From the NCBI GenBank assembly GCA_040776945.1, contig JAXGZN010000002.1, forward strand, positions 160,001 to 224,000: a stretch of 64,000 bases of DNA, in the 5' to 3' direction. The stretch comes from Methanomassiliicoccaceae archaeon. Its GTDB lineage: Archaea > Thermoplasmatota > Thermoplasmata > Methanomassiliicoccales > Methanomassiliicoccaceae. The notes below the pieces were generated by a model. It saw only the letters and a program-made list of their open reading frames with translations, was not told the origin of the DNA and did no database searches. Positions within the stretch are counted from its first letter, which is position 1; the number at the start of each line of letters is the position of its first letter. Made by a program: the position numbers and the translations under genes. This document shows positions 59,173 to 64,000 of this stretch, in pieces.

Positions 59173-60108
59173 ATGGTCATGGACAAGGTGGCGGTGAGGT
59201 CCCCGGCGACCCTTTCGAACCTAGGCTCGGGATTCGACGTCTTCGGCCTGGCTCTCCGGGAGCCATACGACGTGGTGGAAGCGAGGAGGATATCAGACCG
59301 CAAGGTCGTTATCGAGGACATCGAAGGTCCGGGAGCGTCGAGCATCACCACCGACCCTACAAGGAACTCCGCCGGCATCGCCGCCCGAGCGGTCCTGGAG
59401 CTCGCCGGTGCCGGGTTCGGGGTGGCACTGAGGATAAAGAAGGGCATCAGGCCCTGCTCCGGCATAGGTTCCTCGGGAGCGTCCGCGGCGGGAGGCGCGT
59501 GCGCCGCGAACCTTCTACTGGACAGACCCCTGCGCTCCGAGGAGCTCGTGGTGTGCGCAGCCAGGGCCGAGCAGGCAACCTCCGGCAGCTTCCACGCTGA
59601 CAATGTCGGACCGGCGGTGCTCGGAGGGTTCACGGTCATCCGCTCCTACGAGCCGTTCGAGATCCACCGCATGGACCCCCCGGTCGAGCTGGGCGTGGTG
59701 GTCACCATGCCGGACTTCCTGGTGAACACGCGGGAGGCGCGGAACGTGCTGCCTTCCAGCGTGCCTCTTAAGAGCATGATATTCGAGGTCGGCAACGCTG
59801 CCTCGCTGGTGCTCGGAATGGCCCGCGGGGACATCGCGCTGGTCGGCCGGAGCATGTCCGACCAGGTGATCGAGCCGGCACGAGCGCCTCTCAACCCCGG
59901 CCTCAGAGAGGCGGAGGCTGCCGCGCTGGGGGCGGGCGCTGCCGGGTCGTTCCTCGGTGGTTCCGGCCCGTGCGTCATCGCTGTCTACGACCGGAAGAGG
60001 GCCGATGGAGAGGCGATAGCGGAGGCAGTGAGGAACGTATACGCCGCGAACGGCGTGGACAGCGATACCTGGGTCACTACATGGGGCGAGGGATGCAGGA
60101 GGATATGA
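59173..60108 (+). CDS. thrB: homoserine kinase
   Basis: PATLSNLGSGFDVFG, GIGSSGAS, HADNV.P, GSGP. Confidence 0.93.
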   Translation: MVMDKVAVRSPATLSNLGSGFDVFGLALREPYDVVEARRISDRKVVIEDIEGPGASSITTDPTRNSAGIAARAVLELAGAGFGVALRIKKGIRPCSGIGSSGASAAGGACAANLLLDRPLRSEELVVCAARAEQATSGSFHADNVGPAVLGGFTVIRSYEPFEIHRMDPPVELGVVVTMPDFLVNTREARNVLPSSVPLKSMIFEVGNAASLVLGMARGDIALVGRSMSDQVIEPARAPLNPGLREAEAAALGAGAAGSFLGGSGPCVIAVYDRKRADGEAIAEAVRNVYAANGVDSDTWVTTWGEGCRRI

Positions 60109-60109
60109 G

Positions 60110-61318
60110 ATGCACAGGGTGAAGTGCTTTGAATGCGGCGGCGTGGTCGAAGACCCCTACGTCGACACCTGCCCTAGATGCGGCGGCCTCCTCATCGTCG
60201 AGGTGGACATGGACGAGGCCTCAGGTCTGCGTCCGTATGACCTCCGCAAGCGGCCGCTGGGAGTGTGGCGCTACGCGCCGTTCCTGCCAGTGGACGCCTC
60301 TAAGGCCGTGACCCTTCAGGAGGGGGGCACCCCCCTGTATGACTGCTCGAGCCTACGAGCGAAACTGGGCGTAAAAAAGGTACACGTCAAGTACGAAGGA
60401 GCGAACCCCACTGGATCGTTCAAGGACCGCGGCATGACCGTCGGCGTCACCCGAGCGGTGGAGCTGGGCTGCCGCACTGTGGGCTGCGCATCGACGGGGA
60501 ACACCTCGGCCTCGCTGTCGGCGTACGCGGCGAAGGCTGGACTGACGTGCATAGTGCTGCTGCCCTCCGGGAAGGTGGCCGCCGGCAAGCTGGCCCAGGC
60601 CATGTTCTACGGCGCCAAGGTGGTCATGGTGGACGGCAACTTCGATGACGCGCTCCGCGTCACCAGGGAGCTGGCCAGAGAAGGCGTGCTGTACCTGCTA
60701 AACTCCATCAACCCCTTCCGCCCGGAGGGGCAGAAGACCGTGGCCTTCGAGATAATGGACCAGTTGGACCTAGACCTGCCGGACCGCATCATCCTTCCGG
60801 TCGGCAACGCGGGCAACATCAGCGCCGTGCACAAGGCGTTCCAGGAATGGAAGGCGATGGGCTGGATCGACCGCATCCCCATGCTCACGGGCATCCAAGC
60901 CGCCGGCAGCGCGCCCATCGTCAGGGCATTCCGCGCCGGCTCCCGCGACTTCGTGCCGGAGGCGAGCCCGGAGACGGTGGCCACGGCCATACGCATCGGG
61001 AACCCGGTCAGCGGAAGGAAGGCACTGAAGGCCATCTACGACACCGGCGGGTATGCCACGGACGTCACGGACCAGCAGATACTCGACGCCCAGAAGCTCC
61101 TCGGCCGCACTGAGGGCATCGGCGTGGAGCCGGCGTCCGCGGCATCCGTCGCCGGGCTCATCAAGCTGGTGGACGAGGGCGTGGTCTCCAGGGACGAGAA
61201 GGTGGTATGCATCTGCACCGGCAACGTGCTCAAGGACCCCGACACGGTGATGCGCTCCTGCGCCGAGGTCTTGAAGGCCAATCCTACCGCAGAGGACGTG
61301 AGGCGGGTCATCGCCTAA
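60110..61318 (+). CDS. thrC: threonine synthase
   Basis: EGANPTGSFKDRG, ASTGNTSAS, EGQKT, PVGNAGN, EPASAA. Confidence 0.95.
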   Translation: MHRVKCFECGGVVEDPYVDTCPRCGGLLIVEVDMDEASGLRPYDLRKRPLGVWRYAPFLPVDASKAVTLQEGGTPLYDCSSLRAKLGVKKVHVKYEGANPTGSFKDRGMTVGVTRAVELGCRTVGCASTGNTSASLSAYAAKAGLTCIVLLPSGKVAAGKLAQAMFYGAKVVMVDGNFDDALRVTRELAREGVLYLLNSINPFRPEGQKTVAFEIMDQLDLDLPDRIILPVGNAGNISAVHKAFQEWKAMGWIDRIPMLTGIQAAGSAPIVRAFRAGSRDFVPEASPETVATAIRIGNPVSGRKALKAIYDTGGYATDVTDQQILDAQKLLGRTEGIGVEPASAASVAGLIKLVDEGVVSRDEKVVCICTGNVLKDPDTVMRSCAEVLKANPTAEDVRRVIA

Positions 61319-61567
61319 CTGCTCGTCGATCGGTGACAATGCGTTCGGATCATAAAGGGGGCGGTCATCTTAGCGCCTTACGTTACCGGACCTTCTAGAT
61401 TTCCGTTCCTCAGATCCCTAGGGGCCGAAATAGTTCGATCCACATCTGTTCAGGCAGGTGCTCGACGCCGCGCATTCACCTTTCTCCTATGGCGCCTCTT
61501 GCCTCCTCCATTTTTCGACCGATGCAACCCCAGATAGAGGAGAGCATGAAGACGACGTGTCCGTGTC

Positions 61568-61680
61568 CATTACCGAAAGCGTCGGACCATCGACGTTGAG
61601 AACGTTCTCTCCGCTGCGGTCTCAAAGACGGATACGGTCCAGGTCCAAGGCATTGCAGATCGATGAGCATGCATCATAAA
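61568..61680 (+). pseudogene. possible highly degenerate IS5-type transposase fragment
   Basis: YRKRRTIDVENVLSA in one frame followed by IRSRSKALQIDE in another. Confidence 0.4.
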
Positions 61681-61935
61681 GGCCGCAGGACCTTTTTGCG
61701 GGGACCAACGAGAGATCATTGGAACAGGGGGGTCTCGTTGAGACCAGGGCAACGGCACCGCTCAATATTGGAAACGCTCCCGGTCCTGCGGAGGGAAGCG
61801 ATCTCCCTCAGCGATAGATCGTTCGGCAAGCGCATCGCTCAAGAACCAAGGCCATAATAACGGCCAACGGGAACCTTAACCTCACGGGACATGGCACCGG
61901 GCCGACACGTGTTCAAGCCCTTCCCACCTTTCTCA

Positions 61936-61979
61936 GTAGCACGAAATAATAAATCGTAATAAGATTGATATCTTATCAA
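61936..61979 (+). promoter_or_regulatory. NikR-like operator and adjacent palindrome upstream of cooC
   Basis: GTAGCAC-N13-GTAATAA (61936-61962) and TTGATA-TCT-TATCAA (61965-61979). Confidence 0.5.
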
Positions 61980-62023
61980 GCGATAGTAGTGTCAACTCCC
62001 GAGCGGAGGATTGGATAAGAGGA

Positions 62024-62806
62024 ATGAGCATGAAAATCGTGATTTCTGGAAAGGGAGGCAGCGGGAAGAGCACGATAACCTCCCTTCTGGCCATGGACCT
62101 CATAGATAGAGGCTACAGAGTTCTGGTAATCGACACCGACGAATCCAACTATGGTCTGGAGGCCCTACTTGGAATCGCGTATTCTCAAGAGCTGATGGAC
62201 CATCTCGGCGGCAAGAAGGCGGTCGGGGAGAAGATGAAGGCGGCGTTCTCCAAAGGCGCCAATGAACCGGCCATCCCCATCTTCGACAAATCCTGGAGCA
62301 TCGACGAGATACCGAAGGAGTGCTTGTCCACGAAAGGTTCCCTGGGCCTGCTGCAGATTGGGAAGGTCAAGCATTTCGGGGAAGGTTGCGCCTGCCCGAT
62401 GGGAGGCCTGTCCCGGGATTTCCTTAAGAACCTGAGGTTAGGTCCTAAGGACATCGCCATTATCGACACCGAGGCAGGAGTGGAGCATTTAGGCAGGGGA
62501 GTGGCCAAGGGAGCCGACCTAGTAATGGCCGTACTGGACCCATCCTTTGAATCGATAAGGCTGTCTGGTAAGATCAGGGAGATGGCGGAAGAGGCCGGTA
62601 AATCGGCGTATTTCATATTAAACAAGGTCGAGGACGACGCCGCCGAACGCATGATGAAGGCCCTCGATCCCAAAGAGATAATCGCGGTGATACCGCGGAA
62701 CAAGGAGATCGAACGACTCGGTCTTGACGGAAAGCCCCTCGGCCCTAACGTGGACGGGGTTTCGGACATAACCACGTTCGTCCTAAGGTCGATGCCAGGG
62801 GCGTGA
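62024..62806 (+). CDS. cooC: CooC/AcsF-like nickel-insertion ATPase
   Basis: SGKGGSGKST deviant Walker A, IDTDES, GEGCACP (CxC), DTEAGVEHLGRG. Confidence 0.88.
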   Translation: MSMKIVISGKGGSGKSTITSLLAMDLIDRGYRVLVIDTDESNYGLEALLGIAYSQELMDHLGGKKAVGEKMKAAFSKGANEPAIPIFDKSWSIDEIPKECLSTKGSLGLLQIGKVKHFGEGCACPMGGLSRDFLKNLRLGPKDIAIIDTEAGVEHLGRGVAKGADLVMAVLDPSFESIRLSGKIREMAEEAGKSAYFILNKVEDDAAERMMKALDPKEIIAVIPRNKEIERLGLDGKPLGPNVDGVSDITTFVLRSMPGA

Positions 62807-62810
62807 TGGG

Positions 62811-63944
62811 GTGAAGCGTGCTTATCTAGCTGTGGGCGCGGTAGCTATCGCGGCAATGGTGGTGATCACCGGCCTTTATGTGGTCATGAACAGCGGCGGA
62901 AAGAGCGATGATACCGCACCGGAGAGGATAACCGTGACTGACATGTTCGGAAGGTTGGTGGAGGTTCCCAAGGGGGCCGATAGGGTCATCGCCGCGGGCA
63001 CGGCCGCGCTGCGCTTCGTTACATACCTGAACGGGTCGTCGATGGTCATAGGGGTGGAGGAGTTCGAGAGGGACATGTCTCCTTCAGCTCTCGGAGGCCG
63101 GGCATATGCCATCGCCCACCCTGAGTTCTCCACGCTGCCAAGCGTGGGACCTCAGTTCGGCGGCGACGCAGAGCTGATGGCCAGCCTGAACCCTGAGGTG
63201 ATATTCTATTCCCCGCGAAACCAGCAGGGAGCCGATTGCGACACTCTGCAGAACAACGTCGGCATACCGGTGGTCGGCCTAAGCACCACTGTGGACCTGA
63301 CCCGAAACATCGACCAGTTCTTCAAGCAGGTCGATCTGGTAGGCGAAGTGCTGGGGACCAAGGAGCGCGCTACCGAGCTGAAGGCGTACGTCAGCTCATT
63401 GATCGACGACATCGGCACTAGGGTCAAGAACATACCTCAAGAGGAGCGACCCACCGTTTACATCGGAGGACTGTCCTACGGTAGCAGCCACGGCCTGGAC
63501 TGGACGACCATCAATTATGTCCCGTTCCATTACCTGGGGGCCAACAATGTCATCACCACCGATCTGCTGACCACCGGTACCGGTCAGATCAGTATCGAGG
63601 AGGTGTGGAAAAAGGACCCGGAGTACGTGTTCGTGGACCTAGCCGGACTGTCACTGGCCAAACAGCAGTACGCTCAGTACAAGGACTCTCTTGATGAGGT
63701 CACCGCCTTCCGCAACGGGGACGTCTACGGCGTTCTGCAGACGAACTGGTATGCCAGCAACTGGGACACCGTTCTCCTTTCCTGCTATTATGTGGGAAAG
63801 GTACTCTATCCTGAGAAGTTCGCCGACGTGGACATCGCGAACAAGGCCGACGAGATCTATACTGTGATGGTAGGCTCCGCGATATACGACAGGTTGGTAG
63901 ACTACACTGGAGGTACCTTCGGAAAAGTATCCCTGGCCTATTAA
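62811..63944 (+). CDS. ABC transporter substrate-binding protein (Fe/B12/metal, class III), membrane-anchored
   Basis: N-terminal TM, ITVTDMFGR.VEVP..ADRVI, LPSVG, YYVGKVLYPEKF.D; next ORF starts at 63992. Confidence 0.88.
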   Translation: MKRAYLAVGAVAIAAMVVITGLYVVMNSGGKSDDTAPERITVTDMFGRLVEVPKGADRVIAAGTAALRFVTYLNGSSMVIGVEEFERDMSPSALGGRAYAIAHPEFSTLPSVGPQFGGDAELMASLNPEVIFYSPRNQQGADCDTLQNNVGIPVVGLSTTVDLTRNIDQFFKQVDLVGEVLGTKERATELKAYVSSLIDDIGTRVKNIPQEERPTVYIGGLSYGSSHGLDWTTINYVPFHYLGANNVITTDLLTTGTGQISIEEVWKKDPEYVFVDLAGLSLAKQQYAQYKDSLDEVTAFRNGDVYGVLQTNWYASNWDTVLLSCYYVGKVLYPEKFADVDIANKADEIYTVMVGSAIYDRLVDYTGGTFGKVSLAY

Positions 63945-64000
63945 AACCTCTTCCTTCCCTTTATTTCAAAACAAAGCTAAGTGGTGCTGATATGGCCTTC

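Noticed and set aside
1-64000. CRISPR array, rRNA or prophage
   Set aside because: No regularly spaced repeats, rRNA-like sequence or viral hallmark genes seen

Overview
GC-rich archaeal chromosome segment. It encodes pelota, Cgi121, an archaeal-type shikimate pathway and the HMG-CoA synthase/thiolase/DUF35 trio. Gene content and style suggest a Thermoplasmatota methanogen (Methanomassiliicoccales-like); that assignment is an inference. Layout: 1-32.9 kb is amino-acid biosynthesis (his operon joined to lysC and pheA; an aro-tyrA-asd-homocysteine operon; carAB; pelota; a NifV/AksA-like synthase with a LeuC/LeuD-type isomerase). 33-50.7 kb is an accessory region (PH-like/zinc-ribbon trio, MFS, CopB, ROK, DUF1638, hydrolases, tRNA-Pro(CGG), IS5-like remnant). 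50.8-64 kb holds the mevalonate-entry operon, a 1405-aa helical-repeat protein, cgi121, thrBC, and a CooC plus metal ABC binding protein with a NikR-like operator. Best leads: (1) the thiolase of the mevalonate operon has lost all three canonical catalytic residues while its HMG-CoA synthase partner is intact; (2) two small ORFs with in-frame TAG codons whose read-through would couple them to downstream genes (possible pyrrolysine-dependent control); (3) an uncharacterised tandem-PH plus poly-zinc-ribbon module. All calls come from motif recognition by eye, with no database searches.
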